Below are positions 18,310 through 28,042 of a DNA stretch of 64,000 nucleotides, piece by piece (the stretch's first letter is position 1; every line of letters starts with the position of its first letter). Made by a program: the position numbers and the translations under genes. The notes under the pieces were generated by a model. The model did not search any database and was not told the origin of the DNA. It saw nothing but the letters and a program-made list of their open reading frames with translations. Origin of the DNA: a virus (Duplodnaviria; Caudoviricetes); the IMG/VR virus record IMGVR_UViG_3300028797_000143, positions 24,862 to 88,861 of that record. One strand, given 5' to 3'.

Positions 18310-18609
18310 ATGGATAAGTTAGGAAAAGATAAATCCATAAACGAAGATTTAAGCAAGGAAATTGAATACCTAAATAAGCGTTACCCAGAAGTGTCGTTTG
18401 CTAAGTTAAGCCGTATAGTCGTACACGTTGCAAGATGGCAGAAAGAAATGATGATGAAAGAAGCCAAGAGCGGCGTGGGTAATAACGGCTACTTTATCGA
18501 ATTTGACGATGGGACATTTATTGATATTGACCCCGCGATGCAATTAAAGCCAGCTTTTCATGTTGAGGAAGGTGAAAAAGTAAGGATTGCAATTATTAAG
18601 GAGGATTAA
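18310..18609 (+). CDS. hypothetical protein
   Basis: ORF ending KED with GGAGGA-stop-ATG junction. Confidence 0.65.
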   Translation: MDKLGKDKSINEDLSKEIEYLNKRYPEVSFAKLSRIVVHVARWQKEMMMKEAKSGVGNNGYFIEFDDGTFIDIDPAMQLKPAFHVEEGEKVRIAIIKED

Positions 18610-18612
18610 ATC

Positions 18613-18927
18613 ATGGAACAAGAAGATAGTCACATTATCGGAGATTACCCACTTCAATTCAAGGATGAACTTGACAAGTGGCTTTTTGACGAATTTGGTA
18701 TCATGGCGGGTTGTTGTTCTTCTATCAAAAGCATGGAATACCACGTAGCAAGAGAAGTTGCGGAGAAAGCCATTGAGGTAACAAGGCAAGAAACAAAGAA
18801 GCAGACTATAGAAAAGGCTGTAGAGTGGATGAAGGAGAACTTAACGTTTATGCACCCGCGAAAAGAACGGATGGAATGTTTGGTTAATATCGGTGTCTTT
18901 AAAGACGCTATGAATGAGGAGGATTGA
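18613..18927 (+). CDS. hypothetical protein (EKAVEWMKENL motif)
   Basis: ORF with coupled junctions. Confidence 0.65.
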   Translation: MEQEDSHIIGDYPLQFKDELDKWLFDEFGIMAGCCSSIKSMEYHVAREVAEKAIEVTRQETKKQTIEKAVEWMKENLTFMHPRKERMECLVNIGVFKDAMNEED

Positions 18928-18929
18928 CT

Positions 18930-19220
18930 ATGACCATAACAATTACAGCAAAAGAGTATGATGCCATTAACGAGGTACTGGACCAAGTTCGTACCGACTA
19001 CGAGGCGGCTACAAATGAAGAGTATCTGGAGTCAATGGGCGAAACCATGAGCCTTGTGAGAAACGTGCTCGAAAAGTATAGAAAGGCGCGGCAGAAAGCT
19101 GCAGACTTCCAGATGGCGAGGGCTTACGTCGCGGAGCGCAACCGCAACAAGGGTTTGCGTCCGAGGGATATTGACAAGCTGACAAGGCAATTATTGAGAA
19201 ATATTAAAACGGAGGACTGA
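18930..19220 (+). CDS. hypothetical protein
   Basis: ORF with coupled junctions. Confidence 0.65.
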   Translation: MTITITAKEYDAINEVLDQVRTDYEAATNEEYLESMGETMSLVRNVLEKYRKARQKAADFQMARAYVAERNRNKGLRPRDIDKLTRQLLRNIKTED

Positions 19221-19249
19221 CGGATGAATAATATAAAGGCTTGAAAGAT

Positions 19250-19654
19250 ATGGCACAAGACGAATTGATGGTTGGTAATTGGGTGCTATACCAAGGGCAC
19301 GCTTACCAGATTGAAGAGATTAGCCGACCCTCGCAGAAGGTGACGCTGGGCACTACGCGGGCGGTGCGGTTCGTAGAGATTAAGGACTTGGAGCCGTTGC
19401 CGCTGACGAAGGAGATTCTGCTGCGGAATGACTTCGAGGTGGATGAAGAGGACGAGAACAACCTCTACATGGAGTATGACGGGATGTGGTGGGTGCGATG
19501 GCATCCGAAGGAGACGAACTACACTCGTGGCTCGTACTCTTACGTTGACATTGACCACGGCTGCGTGACGCTCACCGAATTGCCGTGCGATAGTGTGCAT
19601 GAGTTACAGAACGCGATGGCTCTGTGCCATTGCCATTGGACGATACATTTATAA
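19250..19654 (+). CDS. hypothetical protein (ELMVGNWV...VHELQNA family)
   Basis: ORF. Confidence 0.65.
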   Translation: MAQDELMVGNWVLYQGHAYQIEEISRPSQKVTLGTTRAVRFVEIKDLEPLPLTKEILLRNDFEVDEEDENNLYMEYDGMWWVRWHPKETNYTRGSYSYVDIDHGCVTLTELPCDSVHELQNAMALCHCHWTIHL

Positions 19655-19665
19655 GGGGTAAGAAT

Positions 19666-19860
19666 ATGGAAACATTAAGCGACATGGCATTCGACTACGC
19701 AATGCAACGAGGACACGGCAAGAAGGCGCACGAGAACTTCGTGGCTGGAGCAAAGGCCGTACTGCGAGAGATTAAGGAGGCATACGACATCAGCGGCATT
19801 GACACGATGGTTGACCGCCTCAATAGTTTTTACGAAGAATTAAGGGAGAGAAGACTATGA
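19666..19860 (+). CDS. hypothetical protein
   Basis: ATGA overlap to next gene. Confidence 0.55.
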   Translation: METLSDMAFDYAMQRGHGKKAHENFVAGAKAVLREIKEAYDISGIDTMVDRLNSFYEELRERRL

Positions 19861-20168
19861 TACGAAACCTTTGCTATAAGACCAGCCGCGACATGAAGCG
19901 GTTGAAGGAATTGCTTGATGCGGGCTATGAGGTTGTATGCTTTTACACATACGATTTTGCAAGAGGCAAAGACCCAATGCCGTTAATGACGACTGATGTC
20001 TGCACCGCGCGTTACAATGAGGCTGGAGAATACAGTAGCTATACGCTTTCTTGCCGTGGTACGGTTTTTCTTCAATATTGGACACATGGGATAGAATGCG
20101 GGTGCTCATTTATAGAATTGTTAGAGGCGTGCGATATTCAATTCATAGAACCAACGATAACGAAATAA
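19857..20168 (+). CDS. hypothetical protein
   Basis: ORF. Confidence 0.6.
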   Translation: MIRNLCYKTSRDMKRLKELLDAGYEVVCFYTYDFARGKDPMPLMTTDVCTARYNEAGEYSSYTLSCRGTVFLQYWTHGIECGCSFIELLEACDIQFIEPTITK

Positions 20169-20170
20169 CT

Positions 20171-20362
20171 ATGCCTTATTACCAGAACGATATGATGCAC
20201 TGCAATCAAAGCAGATGTTCACGCAAAGAGTGTTGTTATCGCTTTTGGCTTGCGATGCACATCAAGGGTAGTGGCTTTAGATACGCTTCGTTCTACATGC
20301 CCGCACCAAGCGAACAACTTGGCGACAAATGCCAATATTTCATCAACATCAAAGATTACTAA
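20171..20362 (+). CDS. small Cys-rich protein
   Basis: CNQSRCSRKECCYR...C. Confidence 0.55.
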   Translation: MPYYQNDMMHCNQSRCSRKECCYRFWLAMHIKGSGFRYASFYMPAPSEQLGDKCQYFINIKDY

Positions 20363-20364
20363 CT

Positions 20365-20691
20365 ATGAAAGAACTTCACCTGCCACTGAAAGCAAAGTGG
20401 TTCCGCATGATTGAAAGCGGAGAAAAGAAAGAGGAATATCGAGAGCTTACGCCGTTTTGGTGTAAGCGGCTACTTGGCTTTGAAATGGCTCTATTCTCAT
20501 ACAGAAATAACTATCAGTCATGCAACAGGAATGGTTACACTCACGCTCACTTCACGCTCGGCTACCCTTCAAAAGATGACATCTCCCGCCACATGGTGAA
20601 GCGAATCAAGGAAATTGTCATCGGCACAGGCAGACCAGAGTGGGGAGCAGAGCCAGGGAAAGAATATTTCGTAATCAAATTGGAGGACTAA
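20365..20691 (+). CDS. ASCH/PUA-like domain protein
   Basis: LHLPLKAKWFRMIESGEKKEEYRE. Confidence 0.75.
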   Translation: MKELHLPLKAKWFRMIESGEKKEEYRELTPFWCKRLLGFEMALFSYRNNYQSCNRNGYTHAHFTLGYPSKDDISRHMVKRIKEIVIGTGRPEWGAEPGKEYFVIKLED

Positions 20692-20693
20692 CT

Positions 20694-21188
20694 ATGAAAG
20701 AAAAACATAAACCCATATTCAAAGTAGGTGATAGAGTGAGATTCCGCAACGAAGTGTTCGAAATCGTATCCAACGCCGATATTTACATCTTGAAAAGCGA
20801 GAGAGCGAATAGCTCAACACCCGTAATTCATGTGGACTTCGGCAATGAAGACTATGAGCTTAGTCTTGTGAAAAGGGAAGAAGACCCAGATTTGAATGAG
20901 TTTGAGGCTGAACTATTCACCACTTTCAGCGATATATGGCAAAGCTATTTGGTAGGAGAAGAGGTAAATGTTGCAGAGGTGGTAAAAGAGCATTCACCCG
21001 AATTGCTTGAAAGAGCGAAGAAGGTGTTAGCGAAAGACATGCCGAAGTGGAAACCTGCGTCGCAGTCTTATTTAAGTGATAGACTTCCGAGATTTGACTA
21101 CATTCTCAAACGGGTTGTAGCAAGAGATGAAAATGGCGCATACTACCTGACTATGGACGATTTGTACAAATTACCAAAGGAGGATTAA
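20694..21188 (+). CDS. hypothetical protein
   Basis: ORF with coupled junctions. Confidence 0.65.
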   Translation: MKEKHKPIFKVGDRVRFRNEVFEIVSNADIYILKSERANSSTPVIHVDFGNEDYELSLVKREEDPDLNEFEAELFTTFSDIWQSYLVGEEVNVAEVVKEHSPELLERAKKVLAKDMPKWKPASQSYLSDRLPRFDYILKRVVARDENGAYYLTMDDLYKLPKED

Positions 21189-21190
21189 CC

Positions 21191-21739
21191 ATGATAGACA
21201 AGAATTGCAAATACTACAAGAATGGCCATTGCACAAAAGGCCTACCAGGGACCAAATGTGAACTCAAAGGCTGTGTAGCACATACAAAGAAGAATGCAGG
21301 CCAACACATCTATAACCTTCAGCTCACCGAACGTCAGGCCAAACTTCTCTCCTACGCCTGCGACCAATTCTCACGTCTCATCTGCGGGCAGGATCGGTCT
21401 TTCCAAGAGCTCATGGAATCAGCATGGGAGAAACGCTGCAAGGAAGCCACAGGCAAGATGATGGACGATTCATGGGACGGTGGCTGGCAAAATATGCGCC
21501 ATGAAGCCGAAGCCCTCTGCAAGCAAATCAAGAAACGCTTTTGGGGCTGCGATTGGAACGCCATGTACGGCGTACACTACGACGATACCGCCGATATTCT
21601 CTTCGATTTGCATCAAACCATCCGTCATCAACTCTGGCTCGACCGCCCCGCTGACAAGAAATCCTCTATCACCGTCGATGCCTCAGAAGCGATGGCCTTC
21701 AGCAACGAACCCTTGGCAATCATCAAACGAATCAAGTAA
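21191..21739 (+). CDS. hypothetical protein, Cys-rich N-terminus
   Basis: ORF. Confidence 0.65.
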   Translation: MIDKNCKYYKNGHCTKGLPGTKCELKGCVAHTKKNAGQHIYNLQLTERQAKLLSYACDQFSRLICGQDRSFQELMESAWEKRCKEATGKMMDDSWDGGWQNMRHEAEALCKQIKKRFWGCDWNAMYGVHYDDTADILFDLHQTIRHQLWLDRPADKKSSITVDASEAMAFSNEPLAIIKRIK

Positions 21740-21740
21740 T

Positions 21741-21977
21741 ATGAATTACTTCATAATCCTTTACATCATTCCGACTGTCATCTGCCTGATGATAGTGTGT
21801 CGAAGTTTCCGCAGGCTTGAAATGTACGGCGAGAAGGTACGTCCTCCTTATAGGCTGATAGCATACTGTTTCATTCCATTTGTGAATCTCTTGGCAGTTC
21901 TCTTCTTCATCGCCGTACTAATAGAGATCATAGAAGAGCATCTATACGGAAACAAACCTAACAATAAACAATCATGA
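21741..21977 (+). CDS. small membrane protein
   Basis: Two hydrophobic segments (YFIILYIIPTVICLMIV; LIAYCFIPFVNLLAVLFFIAVLI). Confidence 0.6.
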   Translation: MNYFIILYIIPTVICLMIVCRSFRRLEMYGEKVRPPYRLIAYCFIPFVNLLAVLFFIAVLIEIIEEHLYGNKPNNKQS

Positions 21978-22528
21978 AAGAAATCAAATTTAAGGTGCTA
22001 AGGAAGAACAAGTATGGGCACCGCTTCATCTTGGAGCCAAAAGAACGTATTAAATTCCGTGAGAAGTGCAAGTACAATGAGGGTTATAGTTCATGTAAGA
22101 AGAACTACAAATGCTATGTCGATCACGGAGTCCTCTTAGGCTGCACGTCCAACGTAGACTGCCCGCGGTGCCATAATTGGGACAAACGTCATGGCCTGGA
22201 ACTTCCATACACCATGGTAGAAAACGAATACCCCTACTTGAAACAAACTACCTTTACATGGCATCCTGCCACAGAGAGCCCGGGCATGCGCCGAATAATA
22301 ATCGCTTTCCGCGTGAAAGGTCACGAGAACGACCATCTAATCTTCAATGTGGTAAGATTCCTTGAAAGAGGTGCGCAACCAGCCACGGTCAAATTCACGG
22401 CAGACGATGGTACTAAGCAGCTTCCGGTAGCATGGGCTTACTATGATGAGTTCGTAAAAGGTATTGAGGAATGGATGATAAAACGAGCCACCTACGCAGC
22501 ATGGGGATGGTGGCCAGACGATAAGTAG
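21974..22528 (+). CDS. hypothetical protein
   Basis: ORF. Confidence 0.65.
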   Translation: MKEIKFKVLRKNKYGHRFILEPKERIKFREKCKYNEGYSSCKKNYKCYVDHGVLLGCTSNVDCPRCHNWDKRHGLELPYTMVENEYPYLKQTTFTWHPATESPGMRRIIIAFRVKGHENDHLIFNVVRFLERGAQPATVKFTADDGTKQLPVAWAYYDEFVKGIEEWMIKRATYAAWGWWPDDK

Positions 22529-22529
22529 T

Positions 22530-22919
22530 ATGAGAGAAATAAAGTTCAGAGGCTTCGATGCCGTAGGTAACAAAGGCTGGGTCTATGGCGACCTCGTCCA
22601 CAACAAGAAAGTCAACAAAGAAGAGCCGTTCCTCACAGACCGCATCATGGTCGGTGGCTATGAGGTCTTCCCTGAATCCGTCGGGCAGTTCATAGGACTG
22701 AGAGACAAGGAGAGGAATGAAATCTATAAAGGCGATATCGTTCAATGCGGCGATTTCGTTTATGAGGTTGTTTATTGTGAATATTATGCGTCCTTTGGTC
22801 TTCGACGCTCTCAGGATATGTATATGCACTATTTTGGTGAGGCGATGAAAGCCAACGAATGCCAAGTAATCGGCAACATCTACGAGAACAAAGAACTACC
22901 AACCAACATAGCAAAGTAA
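22530..22919 (+). CDS. yopX: YopX-family protein
   Basis: MREIKFRG...GQFIGLRDK...EIYKGDIV...VIGNIYEN. Confidence 0.85.
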   Translation: MREIKFRGFDAVGNKGWVYGDLVHNKKVNKEEPFLTDRIMVGGYEVFPESVGQFIGLRDKERNEIYKGDIVQCGDFVYEVVYCEYYASFGLRRSQDMYMHYFGEAMKANECQVIGNIYENKELPTNIAK

Positions 22920-22921
22920 TC

Positions 22922-23350
22922 ATGGAACAGCAAGACAGAAACCAAGAGCTAAAGCGAAGGATAAAACAGCAATCGTGGCTAATAAATATATGGCTAATAG
23001 TTACAGTGACTATTGCAGTGCTCTTCGTGGTATTCCTCATCCTTGGTGATTGGCTGAGAGCGTTTGACAACGCGCTTTGGCTCTTCGTTGCTTGGATGTA
23101 TTGGAAACAAATGTGCGCGTCATCCGTTTTGATGAAACTCTTCATAGACCTGCAGACCTATTGCAAGCGTCTAACCGAAATCAACGAAATCCTAATCGAT
23201 AAACTTGAAGGCAATGGAAAAGAAAAACTGAATGAATCCTTCGATAGATGTGTCACTCATCTTGCAAGGCTCCACGGCATGAAGGTATACGAAGTTCGCG
23301 AGGAGCTGAGAGAATGGCTCAGCAGCATCAATTGTTGCAATGGCTCCTAA
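22922..23350 (+). CDS. membrane protein with two TM segments
   Basis: WLINIWLIVTVTIAVLFVVFLIL and ALWLFVAWMYW. Confidence 0.6.
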   Translation: MEQQDRNQELKRRIKQQSWLINIWLIVTVTIAVLFVVFLILGDWLRAFDNALWLFVAWMYWKQMCASSVLMKLFIDLQTYCKRLTEINEILIDKLEGNGKEKLNESFDRCVTHLARLHGMKVYEVREELREWLSSINCCNGS

Positions 23351-23385
23351 CCGAATGTTGCATGTCGGTGCAATTTGTTTCGTTC

Positions 23386-23432
23386 TTTTAACTATAATTA
23401 TTTGCATATTTCGCGGAAAATTTGTATCTTTG
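23386..23432 (+). promoter_or_regulatory. extended phage promoter, copy 3 (heads the modification cluster)
   Basis: TTTTAACTA-N6-TTTG-N20-TATCTTTG. Confidence 0.8.
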
Positions 23433-23532
23433 CATGAAATCAATGGATATTATGCTTAATAATAGTTAAATTAAAGGCATTTTGATGATAAAAAGTTCGA
23501 TAAATCAATTAAACATGTAATTTTGCAAACAG

Positions 23533-24384
23533 ATGGAAAACGAAGGTTATGACATCGACGTTCTTAGAGAGTTTATTGCCCGATGTGAATGGAAGTGGGC
23601 GAGGACAATGGAAGAGGTTCCTCATGAATACATCTATCGCGGAAGGTGTGCTCTCACGGACAAAGAGTTCTATTACTTTTTGAATGCTCAGGTGTATCAT
23701 GGAATCGAAGAGTGGTGGGGAAAAGGCAAGCGCCCGTACCTGCACATCGACGGATACAAGTATTGGACGATGGGAGGCTATGGCCCCGAGAACAGGACGA
23801 TGAATCGGCAGAAAGAGTTCGATGAGTTCAATGTTTTTGAGTGGCCGATACCGTGTAACTATTCTCAGCAGGAGATGGAAATCATGGCGCTGACAATCGT
23901 CAAGACGTTTGGGAAGAGTGTCTTCGAGGCGGGTATTGCCAATGGCGACTTCGTGAAGATGTCGGGTATAAAGCCCGAAAACTATTATGGAGTAGACCCG
24001 GCCAAGAAAGCGGTAGCCCATTTTAGGATAGGGGCGGCTAAGTTCTACCAACGATGCTCATGCAAGTCCTTTGAAGAGGCGATAGCCAAATGGAAGAATG
24101 GCGAGAGTGTAGTGATAGCGTTATTCGGAACGGCGTCATACTTGATGCATCAATACCTTGAAAGGTTGAACGAGATAGGTGGTGACTATTGCCTGATGTT
24201 CTATCGCGAGGGGTATACTCCAGACGAGTATAAGGAGATGCATCACATGGGCTATACAAAGAGTGACCTTCATAGAATGTTTCCAAGGGCCAATTTCTAT
24301 AATCATCAAAAATACATCACAGTATCAAGTCAGAAGTTAATATGGCAGCAGCCGATAACGGTTCCAGATTTATTCTCACAATGA
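23533..24384 (+). CDS. two-domain protein: PHEY/YKYWTMG domain plus degenerate methyltransferase-like domain
   Basis: C-terminal half aligns by eye with the next gene (GVDP, ALFG.ASYL, LMFY...Y.P). Confidence 0.65.
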   Translation: MENEGYDIDVLREFIARCEWKWARTMEEVPHEYIYRGRCALTDKEFYYFLNAQVYHGIEEWWGKGKRPYLHIDGYKYWTMGGYGPENRTMNRQKEFDEFNVFEWPIPCNYSQQEMEIMALTIVKTFGKSVFEAGIANGDFVKMSGIKPENYYGVDPAKKAVAHFRIGAAKFYQRCSCKSFEEAIAKWKNGESVVIALFGTASYLMHQYLERLNEIGGDYCLMFYREGYTPDEYKEMHHMGYTKSDLHRMFPRANFYNHQKYITVSSQKLIWQQPITVPDLFSQ

Positions 24385-24402
24385 TGTGATGGCAATGAAA
24401 GA

Positions 24403-24942
24403 ATGAATAATTCGAAATCCCAATACGACGAGATAGCTGAATGCTACGACACCCTGTTTACAGACGAGTCGAGTATCGCAGAGAACGCAGAGGTAGGAGA
24501 AATGCTCCTACCTCTTAGTGGTTCTGTACTTGACATAGGCTGTGGAACGGGGCTTCTAACCGAGATTGTTGACATTAACCCTGATAAGTATTGTGGCGTA
24601 GATCCAAGTGCCAAGATGTTGGGGAAGTTCAAGATGAAGCACCCGACGTACACCAATTTGGTGTGCGCCCCATATGACGGCTATTGTGTGGATTGTAACA
24701 AGTTCGACAATATCATCGCTCTCTTCGGTTCGGCTTCGTATTTGGAGAATAAGGCTCTCATCAAGCTTGCCATAACCGATAAGCGCAAGTTTCTTATGTT
24801 CTACAAGGATAGCTATCATCCTGTGACCTATGAGATGTGTGGAGTCGAATTTGAACACAGCAGGCTCTCAAAGAAGATACTGTCTGCTATATTCAACAAG
24901 AATAAAGTAGAGGAGTTTAGGAACTATTTAATAGTAAGATGA
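24403..24942 (+). CDS. class I SAM-dependent methyltransferase
   Basis: VLDIGCGTGLL, GVDPSAKML. Confidence 0.85.
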   Translation: MNNSKSQYDEIAECYDTLFTDESSIAENAEVGEMLLPLSGSVLDIGCGTGLLTEIVDINPDKYCGVDPSAKMLGKFKMKHPTYTNLVCAPYDGYCVDCNKFDNIIALFGSASYLENKALIKLAITDKRKFLMFYKDSYHPVTYEMCGVEFEHSRLSKKILSAIFNKNKVEEFRNYLIVR

Positions 24943-24943
24943 T

Positions 24944-25498
24944 ATGGACATACAGTTTATCGTAATGACCACGAGCTTTGGAGGCCGTGACATCTCTCAC
25001 CTCCATGAAGCCATTCCGAATCTTATAGTTTGCAAGGACTATAACCATGATGCAATGGGCAACTTCCTTAATTCCATGAATCTTACGGAAGACCCAGCCA
25101 TCCACTTGGAGGACGATATAATCCTCTGCGACAACTTCTACGAGAAGGTGATGGATGCTGTGAATCAGTACCCGGACTATATCATTAACTTCTTCTCGCT
25201 GCGAAAGAAGGACTACGAGCTGCGCAAGCCATATTTCGAGGCGGGGGCTAAGTTCATGATGAACCAATGCTTCTATATTCCTGCGGGTGTAGGCCCTCAG
25301 ATTGCGGAGTTCTGGAAGACGTGGCCGCGGAAGGTGGAGCATCCTACAGGCTATGATATACTGATGGCTGATTGGATGAAGTCCAAGAAGATGAAGTACG
25401 TCCAGTGGTTCCCGCATCTTGTGAATCATGTGGAGTGTAAGTCACTCATCAACCCCAAGCGCAGCAGCAAGCGTTCCGACAAGTTTTTCACGAAATAA
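24944..25498 (+). CDS. GT-A-fold glycosyltransferase-like protein
   Basis: IHLEDDIIL, YDILMADW, PHLVNH...S. Confidence 0.6.
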   Translation: MDIQFIVMTTSFGGRDISHLHEAIPNLIVCKDYNHDAMGNFLNSMNLTEDPAIHLEDDIILCDNFYEKVMDAVNQYPDYIINFFSLRKKDYELRKPYFEAGAKFMMNQCFYIPAGVGPQIAEFWKTWPRKVEHPTGYDILMADWMKSKKMKYVQWFPHLVNHVECKSLINPKRSSKRSDKFFTK

Positions 25499-25505
25499 TA
25501 TAAAT

Positions 25506-26249
25506 ATGGAGAATTACCTATCACAGATTGTAGTGATGAACGTCTATCGGCGAGAGAGGGAAGGTAAGTACCTGAAGAAGCTCATAGACATCAGCGCAAA
25601 GCCCTATGGCATCCCCGTACAGATCTCGATGGACGACGGGAGCCTGGGCGTATGGAAGAACTTCTGTCAGACGTTGACCATGGACGGCGGCTTGGAGGAT
25701 AAGCCCTTCCGAATGGTGGTACAGGATGATGTGTCTTTCGACCGTAACATCCTGCCGAAGATACAGCATATCTTGAAATATGCTCCGAAAGACAAGATTA
25801 TCGTGCTCTACAACCCCACGAACACCGATTATCTCGAATGTCACAAGCAGGGCAAGCACGTATTGGCCACCGACATCAACTTCTGGCTACAGGCCGCCAT
25901 TTATCCAAACAGCTTCACGAAGGAGTTTGTCGAGACGATGGACGTACAGGCCAAGGAGGAGCGTAACGATGATGACCGCCTCTCTGCCTACCTGCAGGTT
26001 CGCAAGGAGAAGCTGTTCGCCATTGTGCCGTCGCTCATCCAGCATTATGGTGCTTTCCGCAGCAACTTCAAGGTTTCTGGAGCCGTCGGCGGTGTCATTC
26101 GTAACAGCTCTACCTACGACAATCAGTTCGACGTGGAGAGTGTCGATTGGGAGGCTGAGTTTAATAATCCTTTTATCGCCAAGCTGCGCAAGGACTATGC
26201 TAAAGTGGTGATGAAGGAGGAGTTCCTTAAAGAATGGGGGAAGTTCTGA
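25506..26249 (+). CDS. GT-A-fold glycosyltransferase-like protein
   Basis: VVQDDVSF, DDDRLSAY, PSLIQH...S. Confidence 0.6.
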   Translation: MENYLSQIVVMNVYRREREGKYLKKLIDISAKPYGIPVQISMDDGSLGVWKNFCQTLTMDGGLEDKPFRMVVQDDVSFDRNILPKIQHILKYAPKDKIIVLYNPTNTDYLECHKQGKHVLATDINFWLQAAIYPNSFTKEFVETMDVQAKEERNDDDRLSAYLQVRKEKLFAIVPSLIQHYGAFRSNFKVSGAVGGVIRNSSTYDNQFDVESVDWEAEFNNPFIAKLRKDYAKVVMKEEFLKEWGKF

Positions 26250-26250
26250 T

Positions 26251-26709
26251 ATGGCTAACGAGAATCTTGCATTGAAGCTTGCCAAGGACGGCATTGAGGT
26301 TGAAATGATGAAGCCTCTAAAGATTGACTATGTGAGTGTGGACGACATCATGCCCAACGATTACAACCCTAACACTCATACAGCAGACTCATTCGACCTA
26401 CTCATCAAGTCGCTGTTGTATTTTGGTTTCACACAGCCTATCGTGGTACACCGCCCGACGATGAAGATTGTGGACGGCGAGAACCGCTATCGTGCGGCAT
26501 GTGTCATTGGATATAATCTCGTCCCCGTCTGCTTCGTGGACTTCGACGATGAGAAACTGAAGTACGCCACCATCATGCACAACATGGCGCGAGGCCATAA
26601 CAATGACGAGATGATGAAGCGCCTGACAGACTACCTTGATACCCATTTCGATTCGAAGACCGACAAGGTGCTGCTTACAGACCGCGACAAATACCGCAAA
26701 CAGGAATGA
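26251..26709 (+). CDS. ParB/Srx (IbrB-like) domain protein
   Basis: PNDYNPN...GFTQPIVV...IVDGENRY...HNMARG. Confidence 0.8.
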   Translation: MANENLALKLAKDGIEVEMMKPLKIDYVSVDDIMPNDYNPNTHTADSFDLLIKSLLYFGFTQPIVVHRPTMKIVDGENRYRAACVIGYNLVPVCFVDFDDEKLKYATIMHNMARGHNNDEMMKRLTDYLDTHFDSKTDKVLLTDRDKYRKQE

Positions 26710-27404
26710 AGTACAAGTGTGACATCAAGTTTATGGCAGTGCCGAGCAGAATGCAAAACGTGGTGACGCTTTGCAATCAACTTGGCTTGTCTTATAACGA
26801 TGTCGCTGTTGACCACGATATGCGCGGTCTGCCATTGCTTACGAGTCAGAAGGCTTTTTCTTTGCCACGTAAAGATGGAGTCACACATCGCCTCGTGCTA
26901 CAGGATGACTTGATACTCAATCCCTATCTCATGGAGAGTATACAAGCATTGGTCAATCGTTTTCCAGACAATCCAATAGCCCTCTATACTTACAAGCGTG
27001 AAGAGCACGACGCGGATTTGAAGCAGGGTGTTTACAAGCTTCATTTCATCCCCGGCCTCGCTATTATCATGCCGCTAAAGGTTATGGATGGTATTATTGA
27101 GGTTTATAAGGACTACCCACTATTTCGTGATGACGATTGGTTCTACAGCTGGTATTGCAAGCGCAATGACATCAAGTGTTATGGCGTGATACCAAATCTT
27201 GTGACCTTAAATTGGGACTTTGAATCCACGTTAGGTAATAATGTCCTTAAACGCTATAAGAACAAAATATATACAGACCAGCGCGTAGATATAGCTTCTT
27301 TGAAATTGAACGCCGATACTTACGGCGACAAATATATCAATCTTACAGACCGAGAATTTAATAGAATAAACGATGATTGTTGTAGACGTAGTAATTCCAA
27401 CTAA
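26706..27404 (+). CDS. GT-A-fold glycosyltransferase-like protein
   Basis: LVLQDDLIL, RDDDWFYSWY, PNLV...S. Confidence 0.6.
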   Translation: MKYKCDIKFMAVPSRMQNVVTLCNQLGLSYNDVAVDHDMRGLPLLTSQKAFSLPRKDGVTHRLVLQDDLILNPYLMESIQALVNRFPDNPIALYTYKREEHDADLKQGVYKLHFIPGLAIIMPLKVMDGIIEVYKDYPLFRDDDWFYSWYCKRNDIKCYGVIPNLVTLNWDFESTLGNNVLKRYKNKIYTDQRVDIASLKLNADTYGDKYINLTDREFNRINDDCCRRSNSN

Positions 27405-28038
27405 CACGTTGGATGAACAGATTAGAGCCATCACTCAGAACTCGATTTACAGCCTGAAAAACAGTGAGACGAGTAATGTGAAGTTCAATGTTGTGGTGTG
27501 CGAGCAGAATAAGGATGCAGAGGATTACGACCAAGTAGACCTTATGCTTCATTACGATTTCCCCTTCTGCTTCAATAAGGTGCTTAACTATGGTGCCAAG
27601 CATTGCTCGAACAAGTATATCATGTTCGTCAATAATGACATCATGTACTGCCGTGGCTTTATTATGCCACTATTGAGCGCCGCCATGATGGGCTATCAGT
27701 CACTCTCTCCTACAGATCCGCACAAAGATAAGCCGTGCAACGAGCCTTTTGTGGAAGGGTATGGAATCGACCTCGAACTGAAAGGGTGGTTCATAGTCTG
27801 CGACCGTCAGATGTTCGACTCTATCGGCGGGTTCGATGAGAGCGTTGACTTCTATTGGAGCGACAACCTCTACAAGGAGCAGTTGAAGAAAGCACACATC
27901 AAACACGTCCGCGTCACCAACTCCTTCGCTGTACACTTTGGACGCTCTACGCTCCGCAAGCATGACAAGGAGAAACGTATTGAGCTTGCCGATGGACAAG
28001 GTGAGAAATTCTTGGAACTGACAGGACACAAAAGATAA
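27373..28038 (+). CDS. GT2-family glycosyltransferase
   Basis: VDVVIPT, FNKVLNYG, YIMFVNNDI, GGFDES, VHFGRST. Confidence 0.8.
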   Translation: MIVVDVVIPTNTLDEQIRAITQNSIYSLKNSETSNVKFNVVVCEQNKDAEDYDQVDLMLHYDFPFCFNKVLNYGAKHCSNKYIMFVNNDIMYCRGFIMPLLSAAMMGYQSLSPTDPHKDKPCNEPFVEGYGIDLELKGWFIVCDRQMFDSIGGFDESVDFYWSDNLYKEQLKKAHIKHVRVTNSFAVHFGRSTLRKHDKEKRIELADGQGEKFLELTGHKR

Positions 28039-28042
28039 AGAT

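Noticed and set aside
22922-23350. Holin
   Set aside because: It has two TM segments, but no endolysin is nearby and it sits among early-type genes.
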